Program-made: the position numbers and the translations under genes
In this document: piece after piece, positions 1 through 13,163 of the stretch
Layout: the number at the start of each line of letters is the position of its first letter
Numbering within the stretch: position 1 is the first letter of the stretch
Source: Yuukianura sp. NJ FZ-2021
Lineage: Eukaryota
Reading direction: 5' to 3'
Length of the DNA stretch: 64,000 nt
Assembly (NCBI GenBank): GCA_046563655.1
Contig: CM102289.1
Location: 9,858,001-9,922,000, forward strand
The notes under the pieces: generated by a model
Database searches by the model: none
Told to the model about the DNA's origin: nothing
Seen by the model: only the letters and a program-made list of their open reading frames with translations

Positions 1-128
1 TATATTACTGTTCCAGTATAGTCTAAGCCATCGCTACATGCAGCGCTTGCTAGCTACGCTTCAATAATTGAAGTCAAGAAATATGATATTAATGTTAAGG
101 TCGAAGCGTAGCTATCTAGCGTGAAATG

Positions 129-3100
129 ATACGCATTCAGAGAGAAATTTTTTAAAGAATTTATTATTCTCTGTTAAGGCATAAATACGCATTCAGAGAG
201 AAATTTTTTAAAGAATTTATTATTCTCTGTTAAGGCATAAATACGCATTCAGAGAGAAATTTTTTAAAGAATTTATTATTCTCTGTTAAGGCATAAATAC
301 GCATTCAGAGAGAAATTTTTTAAAGAATTTATTATTCTCTGTTAAGGCATAAATACGCATTCAGAGAGAAATTTTTTAAAGAATTTATTATTCTCTGTTA
401 AGGCATAAATACGCATTCAGAGAGAAATTTTTTAAAGAATTTATTATTCTCTGTTAAGGCATAAATACGCATTCAGAGAGAAATTTTTTAAAGAATTTAT
501 TATTCTCTGTTAAGGCATAAATACGCATTCAGAGAGAAATTTTTTAAAGAATTTATTATTCTCTGTTAAGGCATAAATACGCATTCAGAGAGAAATTTTT
601 TAAAGAATTTATTATTCTCTGTTAAGGCATAAATACGCATTCAGAGAGAAATTTTTTAAAGAATTTATTATTCTCTGTTAAGGCATAAATACGCATTCAG
701 AGAGAAATTTTTTAAAGAATTTATTATTCTCTGTTAAGGCATAAATACGCATTCAGAGAGAAATTTTTTAAAGAATTTATTATTCTCTGTTAAGGCATAA
801 ATACGCATTCAGAGAGAAATTTTTTAAAGAATTTATTATTCTCTGTTAAGGCATAAATACGCATTCAGAGAGAAATTTTTTAAAGAATTTATTATTCTCT
901 GTTAAGGCATAAATACGCATTCAGAGAGAAATTTTTTAAAGAATTTATTATTCTCTGTTAAGGCATAAATACGCATTCAGAGAGAAATTTTTTAAAGAAT
1001 TTATTATTCTCTGTTAAGGCATAAATACGCATTCAGAGAGAAATTTTTTAAAGAATTTATTATTCTCTGTTAAGGCATAAATACGCATTCAGAGAAATTT
1101 TTTAAAGAATTTATTATTCTCTGTTAAGGCATAAATACGCATTCAGAGAGAAATTTTTTAAAGAATTTATTATTCTCTGTTAAGGCATAAATACGCATTC
1201 AGAGAGAAATTTTTTAAAGAATTTATTATTCTTTGTTAAGGCATAAATACGCATTCAGAGAGAAATTTTTTAAAGAATTTATTATTCTTTGTTAAGGCAT
1301 AAATACGCATTCAGAGAGAAATTTTTTAAAGAATTTATTATTCTCTGTTAAGGCATAAATACGCATTCAGAGAGAAATTTTTTAAAGAATTTATTATTCT
1401 CTGTTAAGGCATAAATACGCATTCAGAGAGAAATTTTTTAAAGAATTTATTATTCTCTGTTAAGGCATAAATACGCATTCAGAGAGAAATTTTTTAAAGA
1501 ATTTATTATTCTCTGTTAAGGCATAAATACGCATTCAGAGAGAAATTTTTTAAAGAATTTATTATTCTCTGTTAAGGCATAAATACGCATTCAGAGAGAA
1601 ATTTTTTAAAGAATTTATTATTCTCTGTTAAGGCATAAATACGCATTCAGAGAGAAATTTTTTAAAGAATTTATTATTCTCTGTTAAGGCATAAATACGC
1701 ATTCAGAGAGAAATTTTTTAAAGAATTTATTATTCTCTGTTAAGGCATAAATACGCATTCAGAGAGAAATTTTTTAAAGAATTTATTATTCTCTGTTAAG
1801 GCATAAATACGCATTCAGAGAGAAATTTTTTAAAGAATTTATTATTCTCTGTTAAGGCATAAATACGCATTCAGAGAGAAATTTTTTAAAGAATTTATTA
1901 TTCTCTGTTAAGGCATAAATACGCATTCAGAGAGAAATTTTTTAAAGAATTTATTATTCTCTGTTAAGGCATAAATACGCATTCAGAGAGAAATTTTTTA
2001 AAGAATTTATTATTCTCTGTTAAGGCATAAATACGCATTCAGAGAGAAATTTTTTAAAGAATTTATTATTCTCTGTTAAGGCATAAATACGCATTCAGAG
2101 AGAAATTTTTTAAAGAATTTATTATTCTCTGTTAAGGCATAAATACGCATTCAGAGAGAAATTTTTTAAAGAATTTATTATTCTCTGTTAAGGCATAAAT
2201 ACGCATTCAGAGAGAAATTTTTTAAAGAATTTATTATTCTCTGTTAAGGCATAAATACGCATTCAGAGAGAAATTTTTTAAAGAATTTATTATTCTCTGT
2301 TAAGGCATAAATACGCATTCAGAGAGAAATTTTTTAAAGAATTTATTATTCTCTGTTAAGGCATAAATACGCATTCAGAGAGAAATTTTTTAAAGAATTT
2401 ATTATTCTCTGTTAAGGCATAAATACGCATTCAGAGAGAAATTTTTTAAAGAATTTATTATTCTCTGTTAAGGCATAAATACGCATTCAGAGAGAAATTT
2501 TTTAAAGAATTTATTATTCTCTGTTAAGGCATAAATACGCATTCAGAGAGAAATTTTTTAAAGAATTTATTATTCTCTGTTAAGGCATAAATACGCATTC
2601 AGAGAGAAATTTTTTAAAGAATTTATTATTCTCTGTTAAGGCATAAATACGCATTCAGAGAGAAATTTTTTAAAGAATTTATTATTCTCTGTTAAGGCAT
2701 AAATACGCATTCAGAGAGAAATTTTTTAAAGAATTTATTATTCTCTGTTAAGGCATAAATACGCATTCAGAGAGAAATTTTTTAAAGAATTTATTATTCT
2801 CTGTTAAGGCATAAATACGCATTCAGAGAGAAATTTTTTAAAGAATTTATTATTCTCTGTTAAGGCATAAATACGCATTCAGAGAGAAATTTTTTAAAGA
2901 ATTTATTATTCTCTGTTAAGGCATAAATACGCATTCAGAGAGAAATTTTTTAAAGAATTTATTATTCTCTGTTAAGGCATAAATACGCATTCAGAGAGAA
3001 ATTTTTTAAAGAATTTATTATTCTCTGTTAAGGCATAAATACGCATTCAGAGAGAAATTTTTTAAAGAATTTATTATTCTCTGTTAAGGCATAAATACGC

Positions 3101-6100
3101 ATTCAGAGAGAAATTTTTTAAAGAATTTATTATTCTCTGTTAAGGCATAAATACGCATTCAGAGAGAAATTTTTTAAAGAATTTATTATTCTCTGTTAAG
3201 GCATAAATACGCATTCAGAGAGAAATTTTTTAAAGAATTTATTATTCTCTGTTAAGGCATAAATACGCATTCAGAGAGAAATTTTTTAAAGAATTTATTA
3301 TTCTCTGTTAAGGCATAAATACGCATTCAGAGAGAAATTTTTTAAAGAATTTATTATTCTCTGTTAAGGCATAAATACGCATTCAGAGAGAAATTTTTTA
3401 AAGAATTTATTATTCTCTGTTAAGGCATAAATACGCATTCAGAGAGAAATTTTTTAAAGAATTTATTATTCTCTGTTAAGGCATAAATACGCATTCAGAG
3501 AGAAATTTTTTAAAGAATTTATTATTCTCTGTTAAGGCATAAATACGCATTCAGAGAGAAATTTTTTAAAGAATTTATTATTCTCTGTTAAGGCATAAAT
3601 ACGCATTCAGAGAGAAATTTTTTAAAGAATTTATTATTCTCTGTTAAGGCATAAATACGCATTCAGAGAGAAATTTTTTAAAGAATTTATTATTCTCTGT
3701 TAAGGCATAAATACGCATTCAGAGAGAAATTTTTTAAAGAATTTATTATTCTCTGTTAAGGCATAAATACGCATTCAGAGAGAAATTTTTTAAAGAATTT
3801 ATTATTCTCTGTTAAGGCATAAATACGCATTCAGAGAGAAATTTTTTAAAGAATTTATTATTCTCTGTTAAGGCATAAATACGCATTCAGAGAGAAATTT
3901 TTTAAAGAATTTATTATTCTCTGTTAAGGCATAAATACGCATTCAGAGAGAAATTTTTTAAAGAATTTATTATTCTCTGTTAAGGCATAAATACGCATTC
4001 AGAGAGAAATTTTTTAAAGAATTTATTATTCTCTGTTAAGGCATAAATACGCATTCAGAGAGAAATTTTTTAAAGAATTTATTATTCTCTGTTAAGGCAT
4101 AAATACGCATTCAGAGAGAAATTTTTTAAAGAATTTATTATTCTCTGTTAAGGCATAAATACGCATTCAGAGAGAAATTTTTTAAAGAATTTATTATTCT
4201 CTGTTAAGGCATAAATACGCATTCAGAGAGAAATTTTTTAAAGAATTTATTATTCTCTGTTAAGGCATAAATACGCATTCAGAGAGAAATTTTTTAAAGA
4301 ATTTATTATTCTCTGTTAAGGCATAAATACGCATTCAGAGAGAAATTTTTTAAAGAATTTATTATTCTCTGTTAAGGCATAAATACGCATTCAGAGAGAA
4401 ATTTTTTAAAGAATTTATTATTCTCTGTTAAGGCATAAATACGCATTCAGAGAGAAATTTTTTAAAGAATTTATTATTCTCTGTTAAGGCATAAATACGC
4501 ATTCAGAGAGAAATTTTTTAAAGAATTTATTATTCTCTGTTAAGGCATAAATACGCATTCAGAGAGAAATTTTTTAAAGAATTTATTATTCTCTGTTAAG
4601 GCATAAATACGCATTCAGAGAGAAATTTTTTAAAGAATTTATTATTCTCTGTTAAGGCATAAATACGCATTCAGAGAGAAATTTTTTAAAGAATTTATTA
4701 TTCTCTGTTAAGGCATAAATACGCATTCAGAGAGAAATTTTTTAAAGAATTTATTATTCTCTGTTAAGGCATAAATACGCATTCAGAGAGAAATTTTTTA
4801 AAGAATTTATTATTCTCTGTTAAGGCATAAATACGCATTCAGAGAGAAATTTTTTAAAGAATTTATTATTCTCTGTTAAGGCATAAATACGCATTCAGAG
4901 AGAAATTTTTTAAAGAATTTATTATTCTCTGTTAAGGCATAAATACGCATTCAGAGAGAAATTTTTTAAAGAATTTATTATTCTCTGTTAAGGCATAAAT
5001 ACGCATTCAGAGAGAAATTTTTTAAAGAATTTATTATTCTCTGTTAAGGCATAAATACGCATTCAGAGAGAAATTTTTTAAAGAATTTATTATTCTCTGT
5101 TAAGGCATAAATACGCATTCAGAGAGAAATTTTTTAAAGAATTTATTATTCTCTGTTAAGGCATAAATACGCATTCAGAGAGAAATTTTTTAAAGAATTT
5201 ATTATTCTCTGTTAAGGCATAAATACGCATTCAGAGAGAAATTTTTTAAAGAATTTATTATTCTCTGTTAAGGCATAAATACGCATTCAGAGAGAAATTT
5301 TTTAAAGAATTTATTATTCTCTGTTAAGGCATAAATACGCATTCAGAGAGAAATTTTTTAAAGAATTTATTATTCTCTGTTAAGGCATAAATACGCATTC
5401 AGAGAGAAATTTTTTAAAGAATTTATTATTCTCTGTTAAGGCATAAATACGCATTCAGAGAGAAATTTTTTAAAGAATTTATTATTCTCTGTTAAGGCAT
5501 AAATACGCATTCAGAGAGAAATTTTTTAAAGAATTTATTATTCTCTGTTAAGGCATAAATACGCATTCAGAGAGAAATTTTTTAAAGAATTTATTATTCT
5601 CTGTTAAGGCATAAATACGCATTCAGAGAGAAATTTTTTAAAGAATTTATTATTCTCTGTTAAGGCATAAATACGCATTCAGAGAGAAATTTTTTAAAGA
5701 ATTTATTATTCTCTGTTAAGGCATAAATACGCATTCAGAGAGAAATTTTTTAAAGAATTTATTATTCTCTGTTAAGGCATAAATACGCATTCAGAGAGAA
5801 ATTTTTTAAAGAATTTATTATTCTCTGTTAAGGCATAAATACGCATTCAGAGAGAAATTTTTTAAAGAATTTATTATTCTCTGTTAAGGCATAAATACGC
5901 ATTCAGAGAGAAATTTTTTAAAGAATTTATTATTCTCTGTTAAGGCATAAATACGCATTCAGAGAGAAATTTTTTAAAGAATTTATTATTCTCTGTTAAG
6001 GCATAAATACGCATTCAGAGAGAAATTTTTTAAAGAATTTATTATTCTCTGTTAAGGCATAAATACGCATTCAGAGAGAAATTTTTTAAAGAATTTATTA

Positions 6101-6590
6101 TTCTCTGTTAAGGCATAAATACGCATTCAGAGAGAAATTTTTTAAAGAATTTATTATTCTCTGTTAAGGCATAAATACGCATTCAGAGAGAAATTTTTTA
6201 AAGAATTTATTATTCTCTGTTAAGGCATAAATACGCATTCAGAGAGAAATTTTTTAAAGAATTTATTATTCTCTGTTAAGGCATAAATACGCATTCAGAG
6301 AGAAATTTTTTAAAGAATTTATTATTCTCTGTTAAGGCATAAATACGCATTCAGAGAGAAATTTTTTAAAGAATTTATTATTCTCTGTTAAGGCATAAAT
6401 ACGCATTCAGAGACAAATTTTTTAAAGATTTTATTATTCTCTGTTAAGGCATAAATACGCATTCAGAGACAAATTTTTTAAAGAGTTTATTATTCTCTGT
6501 TAAGGCATAAATTCGCATTCAGAGACAAATTTTTTAAAGAGTTTATTGTTCTCTGCTAAGGTGTAAATTCACATTCAGAGACAAACTTTT
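129..6590. repeat. 56-bp tandem satellite array (~112 near-identical copies plus ~3 diverged terminal copies)
   Basis: Unit ATACGCATTCAGAGAGAAATTTTTTAAAGAATTTATTATTCTCTGTTAAGGCATAA. The only variants seen before 6399 are a 2-bp deletion near 1091-1096 and C>T at 1233 and 1289. Copies diverge from 6399 to ~6590. Confidence 0.98.
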
Positions 6591-7125
6591 CTCTAGAAAA
6601 CTTTCTTCAAGCAAATTTTGAACTTTTCAAACGTTGTTTTTCTGAATCTTTAGTGGACATTTAAAAAGTTCTTTTAAACACAACTTTTCTGTAGAGAAAC
6701 TTTTTTTTAATTTTGAATTACTTTTCAAACGTTGTTTTTTGAATTTTTAGTGGGGGGGGGGGGTTTAAAAAGTTCTATCTTTTCAAATATTAGATCCTTC
6801 TTTCTCACCCTCGAATCCTTCGCAATTTTCTATTTTTTTTTTAACCATTAAATTCTTAGTTCTAAGCTTTGAGTCTTTCGAAACTTTGTCTTTTTAACCA
6901 CTAAATTCTTAATTCTAAGCTTCGAATCCTTCGCCACTTTCTATCTCTTTAAACATTAAATTCTTAGTTCTTAGCTTCGAATCCTTCGCCACTTTCTATC
7001 TCTTTAACCATTAAATTCTTAGTTCTAAGCTTCGAATCCTTCTACGAAGCTTCTACGCTTCAAAGCTTTCGCAATTTCCTATCTTTTTAACCATTAGATT
7101 TCTAGTTCTAAGCTTCGAGTCCTTA
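6581..7125. repeat. Degenerate ~100-bp duplication (6581-6780) followed by a ~55-bp degenerate tandem array (~5-6 copies, 6812-7125)
   Basis: Two copies of CAA(A)CTTTTCT..CTTTTCAAACGTTGTTTTT..TTTAGTGG..TTTAAAAAGTTCT, then repeated AAGCTTCGAATCCTTCGCCACTTTCTATCTCTTTAACCATTAAATTCTTAGTTCT. Confidence 0.85.
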
Positions 7126-7275
7126 AGGGTATAAATTCACATTCGGAGACAAATTTTTTAAAGAATTTATTATTCTCTGTTAAGGCATAAATTCGCATTC
7201 AGAGACAAATTTTTTAAAAAGTTTATTATCCTCTGTTTAGGTGTAAATTCACATTCAGAGAAATTTTTTAAAAAG
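7126..7275. repeat. ~2.5 diverged copies of the 56-bp satellite unit
   Basis: ATTCGGAGACAAATTTTTTAAAGAATTTATTATTCTCTGTTAAGGCATAAA and following copies match the diverged end copies at 6399-6590. Confidence 0.9.
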
Positions 7276-8090
7276 TTAAATTTTTTCAAAAAGTCCCCAA
7301 TTATTGGGGACTTTTGACGTTAAAGTGTTTCATGTCACAGAGTGAAAAGTGTAATGTAAGAAGAGGAAGGGTGTCACAAGTCACAATGTGACTGAAGTTT
7401 GGGAAATGTGTGAAAAGTGGGAGTTTGCGTTGGTCCGAGTGGTGAATTTTTTCTTTACCTTGTTGGATAAGCTTGTGCCCGATTCCAGGATTCGGAATAA
7501 AACGTAGAGGGTACACGACGACGGTTCACCTGCCCCACTCTTCTGTCAACTTCAGTGTACATTCATTCACCACAAGAGTCTTTTGTCACAAGACTCACTT
7601 CACTTGTCAACTTTCAGTCCCACTCTCAAACATCGTCATAAACTCATCAGGAGCAGTCTCTTTACAACTACCGGACTCTCATAAAGTTACCGTCGGTAAC
7701 TTTTAAAAACAAGAACAGCTCCACGTCTTACGTCGAGTGAATCAAACCTACCGAACCTCGGTTCTCAGAAGTATCGTTCGCGGAATCCTCATTTCTAGTA
7801 AGACGGTAGGTTTCCAGGAAATTACTATACAATTTTCATGCTTTTCCAGATAAATAGTGTTATTGTCCCGAATCAGTCGAGAAAAAGACGGAGACGTGTC
7901 GTTTTCATTTTAGCAATCGCTATATCGGTTTGGTATTCTCAGCTGGACAGAGCAATGAGATGGGGAGTGCCGGTCACTAGGTCCTTAACTTAAATTAAGT
8001 GCTAATTTAATTGAAGTTGCTGTTTCAGATTCTGGAGGCTCCAGCAGCTGGAGATACTGTCGGATTAGCTCTAGTCAATCGTTGCAAAAA

Positions 8091-11000
8091 ATGATCGTGG
8101 ATGATACGATATTCGGAGAGGCTGGTGGTGGAGGGAACGAAGAAGTGTTGAGTGTCAAGAGGTCACCACTCCAAGCATCCCAATCGCAACATGGTTTTCA
8201 ACAACAAGAGTCACGCAGTCCCAAACCAGTTCCCAACCTATCTCTCCCACTCTCAATATCCAAGGTGGCTCAGGATCCTACCGAAGGAATACTAGTTGTG
8301 TTGGACGATCATTTGCACGACACTCCTTCATCCAAAACCACAAATGGTCAGCATATCCACCAACCCTCGTCAAGCGACGAAAGTGAAAGCTTCGATCCAG
8401 TCAGTTCAAAAGCAGCCATATCATACTCCACGTACTTGACTCCTGAAGAGGAAAAGGTAACAACTTTGGAGTTATTTGTAGAATTAAATTGACACTCCGT
8501 TCTTAAAACTATGTTTTGTTAACGTTTTGGATTTTTGAGCAGGCAACGAAGGATTTTCTGGAAGCTGTGAATAAGGAGAGACAAGGTAGAGGAATTAGTC
8601 CCCTACCGTGGACCAGTGGAGTTAAATTTTTAATGGCAAGGAAGTTCAATGTCAGAAGAGCCTTGGAACTGTATGAACAGCATCACATAGTTCGTTTTCA
8701 AAACAAACTCACAACGTTAGACGCTACCAGTGAAACGCTTCGAGCTGAACTGACATCCGGCAAATTCACAGTTTTAGTAAGCCCTCTGCACTAATCAAAG
8801 ATTACATTGTTATCTTTTGCGTGTAAGTAATGATGTCGCATGTGTTGTCAATGGATTATTTATAAAATTTAGTTTCCTTCCTCATAAATGCGACTATTGA
8901 CACACATCCAGTTGGTATCTGGCCTTTGATATTAAAAAAAAAGTTTCTAATTTTAGCCCACAAGAGATCTGGGGGGTGCCGCGATTGCTGTCTTCACAGC
9001 TCGACTTCATCAGCCTTCTTCTATCCCACACGAACAGACGTTACAAGTGAGACTGAATTTCTAAAGTTACATGTTTGACGAAGTATAATCGTAATTAATG
9101 TAAGTGTAATTGCTAATTGTTGTGTTTATCAATTAGGGAGTGGTGTACCAACTTGATGCAGCGCTGGAAAACCAAGAGACGCAGAGAAGTGGTCTCGTCT
9201 TCATTTACGACATGAGTGATTCCAAATATTCACATTTTGATTACGAACTCAGTATAAAAATCTTGACACTCCTCAAGGTAACCAACGGCAACCCATTTTG
9301 GATCAGCTGTGAATCAACATTCAACAAATTGTTAAGTTGTGAATCAACTTTCAACAAATTGTGTTTTGCAGGGAGGATATCCCGCAAGACTGAAAAAAGT
9401 TCTGATAGTGACTGCTCCTTTGTGGTTTCGAGCTCCGTTCAAGATTCTGCGTCTCTTTGTCCGGGAAAAGTTGAGAGATCGTGTTTTTACTGTGAGCATA
9501 CCACAGGTACTTCAATTTTTCAACATTTTGTGCTATTTGTGAAACGAATGACCTTGAGGAAGAACAAACAAGTCATTCATTCGTAATTTCATTCATTCAA
9601 TTGTGTTTTTCCAGCTGACAGTCCACGTTCCAAGTTCGTCGTTGCCTCAGTCGTTGGGCGGAAGTTTGGAGGTGAACCATCAGCAGTGGCTGACCTGCTG
9701 CACTCAAATTCTGAGCACAAACACAGATTTGTGGGGTATTTCATCTGCGGAGTCTCTCAAGGTACAACTCAACTCTAAATGACACTCTTTGAATGAAATT
9801 GAATGTCAGCTGATTGATTTTCATTGTGGATTAGGATATGGCAAGTTCTGGAGGAGGAGGAGCCAAAGACAGTTCATCAGGTACTGACAAAGACGTGCGC
9901 TCGATTAGTAGAGGCCTCCAAAATGCGTTTACCAAAAAAATGAGGCGAAACGGTAAATTCCCAACAAATTGTGGAAGAATTGAGCATGTCCACCGACATT
10001 TCCCTTGTGCTGTGTCCATACTGCTCTCGGAATTGTGGTTTCTCCACCCCCGCATTTTGAATCTTGTTCTCGTCCTCCGTTGTTGCTTTCAACTCCCTTA
10101 CAAGTTTACGAATTCGGCGCTTGTCCTGTTCAACTTTTCAATAGAACAACTGTAAACTTGTGTGTTTTGTTTGTAGGTCAGTCGACTCCTTCCCCAGTGC
10201 AGAATTCGTCTGGAAGTAGTGGATTCTCTGATGACGATAATCTGCCTTTCGAGGAGAGGACGGGACTCAATATACTGGAATTCCTGGAACATGTCAAGCA
10301 AAAGGGCAGAAGAGGCTTACTGGATGAGTATGGGTAAGTTCAACTAAAGTTTTTAACGTTTAGAGGTATGAAGTTTTAGATTTGTGAATTATAATAATGT
10401 TTTTAATTACTTTGTAGAGAAATAGTTTCGAAGAGTCCAGAGGGTACATTCAATGCTTCCAGGTTTGAGACACAATTTTAACTAAAATACTTGATTTAGA
10501 TTAAAAGTTGCACAACGTTAATGCAGTGTTGATTTTTGCAGACAAAGGGGAAACGTTAGCAGAAACAGGTAAATAATATGGTTACCGACAAGTATTGGCA
10601 GTATTTGTTCCAAGATGTTGCGGTAGTTGCTAAGTTTGTTGTTTGCTTGTTACAGATACAGCGATGTGCTTTGTTTTGACCACACACGGGTGATTTTGTC
10701 AGCTGAGAGTGAGACAGATGGACATGACTACATCAATGCCAACTTTGTGGATGGCTACAAACAGCGAAACGCTTTCATTTCCACGCAAGGACCACTTCCA
10801 AAAACGTTTGGAGATTTTTGGAAAATGGTTTGGGTAAGTGCACATTCCAATCCTAAGATAAATCAGATAACAGTGGGGATAAAAACGTTTTGAATTCGAC
10901 AGGAACAAAAAGTTGTGACGATAACAATGACGACGAGAGCAGTTGAAAGAGGAAGGACAAAGTGTGGTCAGTATTGGCCTCCCGATAAAGCTACATCAGT

Positions 11001-11811
11001 CACACACGAGGGCTTTAAACTTGAAAACTTAGAAATGGAAACTACGCAAGACTTTGCAGTTTCAAAACTTCGATTGACAAATACAAAGGTAAAGTTCTGA
11101 AGTTTGATTAAATTAACTTTTATGTCTGTTGAACAGATTAATGTCATCGACTAATTGAAATTGTAGACCAATGAATCTCGGATAGTAACTCATCTGCTGT
11201 TCTTGTCGTGGCCTGACTACGGATGTCCGTCCAGTGCAGGAGCAATGCTCAACTTCCTTCAGATGATGAGGTAACTGCTGCAAAAATATTGATTAACTTA
11301 ATTACTTGATTAGTTTACTTAATTACTTTGATTTTTACAGACAACATCAAGCTGCGGAGGTGAAGAATCTCGGAAAGGCATGGGAAGGTCATTCTCTGGG
11401 GCCACCGATTGTAGTTCACTGCTCGGCGGGAATCGGCAGAACTGGTAAGTACTTTATGTTGGTCTGACTAATTCTCTGAAAACTCTGAATTTGTTGGATT
11501 CAGAGGATTAGTCAGACCCCTTTTACATTTTGAAATGACACTGACGTTGTTTTTGCCTTGACCTTGACACAGGAACTCTATGTACAATTGACACTTGCAT
11601 TCGGAGGTTGGACGACCAAGGAGTAATCGATGTCCAAGGGACTGTTTTAAGAATTCGAGGTCAAAGGGCGCACAGTATCCAAGTTCCGGAGCAGTATTTG
11701 TTCTGTCATGCGGCGGTGCTGGAATACGCCAAAGGAAAGAACTTGATCACTGATGCACAACTTCAAGGTGTTCCAGATCTCCTTCTCCAAGGTGATTCAG
11801 ACTCAGAGTGA
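8091..11811 (+). CDS. PTPN9: Tyrosine-protein phosphatase non-receptor type 9 (PTP-MEG2; CRAL-TRIO/Sec14 + PTP domain), multi-exon
   Basis: Sec14-type segments KFLMARKFNV..ALELY, GLVFIYDMSDSKYSHFD and GGYPARLKKVLIV. PTP motifs NRYSDV, DYINANFVDGY, ISTQGPL, KCGQYWP, WPDYG (~11209), VHCSAGIGRTG (11414-11444) and QYLFCH. GT-AG introns join in frame; stop TGA 11809-11811. Non-coding first exon donor at 7806. Confidence 0.93.
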
Positions 11812-13163
11812 CTAGTGCCGTTCCTCTAAGGTCAAAAGAATTTGACCTTCACATTTGTGAGGTCACTCAGACAAGTCAAAGTTCTGGTTGCCATTTTAAG
11901 TCTCTTCCCTTGTGAGGAGGTCACAAGTTTGTTGTGATAAGCATTAAGCCACAGCCACACAGCGAACGTCAAAAACCAGTTTTGACGGATTTTTAGTCGT
12001 CTCATATCGCAGTGTACCTAAAATTTCACAATTTTCAGAATTTCCCGCAATTCTTTGCTACTAAGTTCAAAATCTGTCGTGACCAATTGTTAATTGACAT
12101 TTAATTATTGTTAATTGACTTCTGAATTGTCTAGCTCCAACTTAACAATTGGTTACCGGGAGGCTGGAAATCGTGTCGAAAACGTTCCCCAAGTTTAAGC
12201 GATGTGTATTTTTTACGTACGACGTTGCCAAATTTTTATAAAAATCATGTGACCGATTTGTAAAGTGGAACATTTCGTGTCTTAACCGCGTAAAGTGCTA
12301 TAACTAATCAAAGTGACTGCGTTAATTAGTTATTTCACACATTCAATTCCCTTTGCCATGCTAGAAACAGATGCAATGAGAAGTCATTCGTTCAGTATTA
12401 CGTTGCAATTGTTCTAATTTTAACAGCAGGAGATGCGAATCGCAACTTTCGATCAGCGTCGAATGCCCACTGCCCACGATTTGTGGGCTGTTCCGGTTTC
12501 TGTTTCCGGTGAAACCGTGGTTATTCCATTATTCTGATTAGTAATTGGTTAGTTTATGTCAAAATGCTTTCTAACATTAACTTTAAAAGTAAATTATTTT
12601 AGAAAATACTTTAGTAATTTCACTTATTCATGACTTGTCTTGTCACTTCGGGGGTCCACGTCGCTAACTTCTAATTCAGAAAAATGTAAAATGAAACATT
12701 TTGTGTAAGGACTCTTGACGATGATAATTTTCAGTCTTATTCACGAGAACGTAAAGTTATTTAAAATCTTTGTAAAATTTCAAAAAGTAAAAAGTAATGC
12801 GGTTCCTTTTTTAAGTCGTGTTAAAAGGTGTAGTAACTAATTTGTTTAAAAACGAATGAGCGATGGTGTAATTACAGTAAAATAAAATTTTAATCTGAGT
12901 CAATAAAAATGTCAATATTTATAAAGTAACGACATCTTTGTTTTTCACTAATTTTCTCTACTACTAAACTATTGAATAATTTTCACTTATTGTGAGGTAG
13001 TGCGATTAATGAACTTTTAATTTGTTTAGTTGAGCTTTGACATTTACGATATTCGTTCAGGTACTAAAGACTGACGAGATAAACCTGATTTTGAACAGTG
13101 CGAGGGCACTAGGATTGTACATTTTCATTAGTGATATTACTGCTGATTTGGAGCAGTGACTTG

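Noticed and set aside
129..6590. CRISPR-like array (also 38078-41394)
   Set aside because: Head-to-tail identical units with no unique spacers, no cas genes and a eukaryotic context.
7301..7706. 71-77-aa ORFs upstream of PTPN9
   Set aside because: Non-ATG starts, no recognisable family; they lie in the promoter or non-coding first exon.
11809..11900. Selenocysteine recoding of the PTPN9 UGA
   Set aside because: No SECIS core (AUGA..AA..GA kink-turn) was recognised, and the UGA is at the expected end of the protein.
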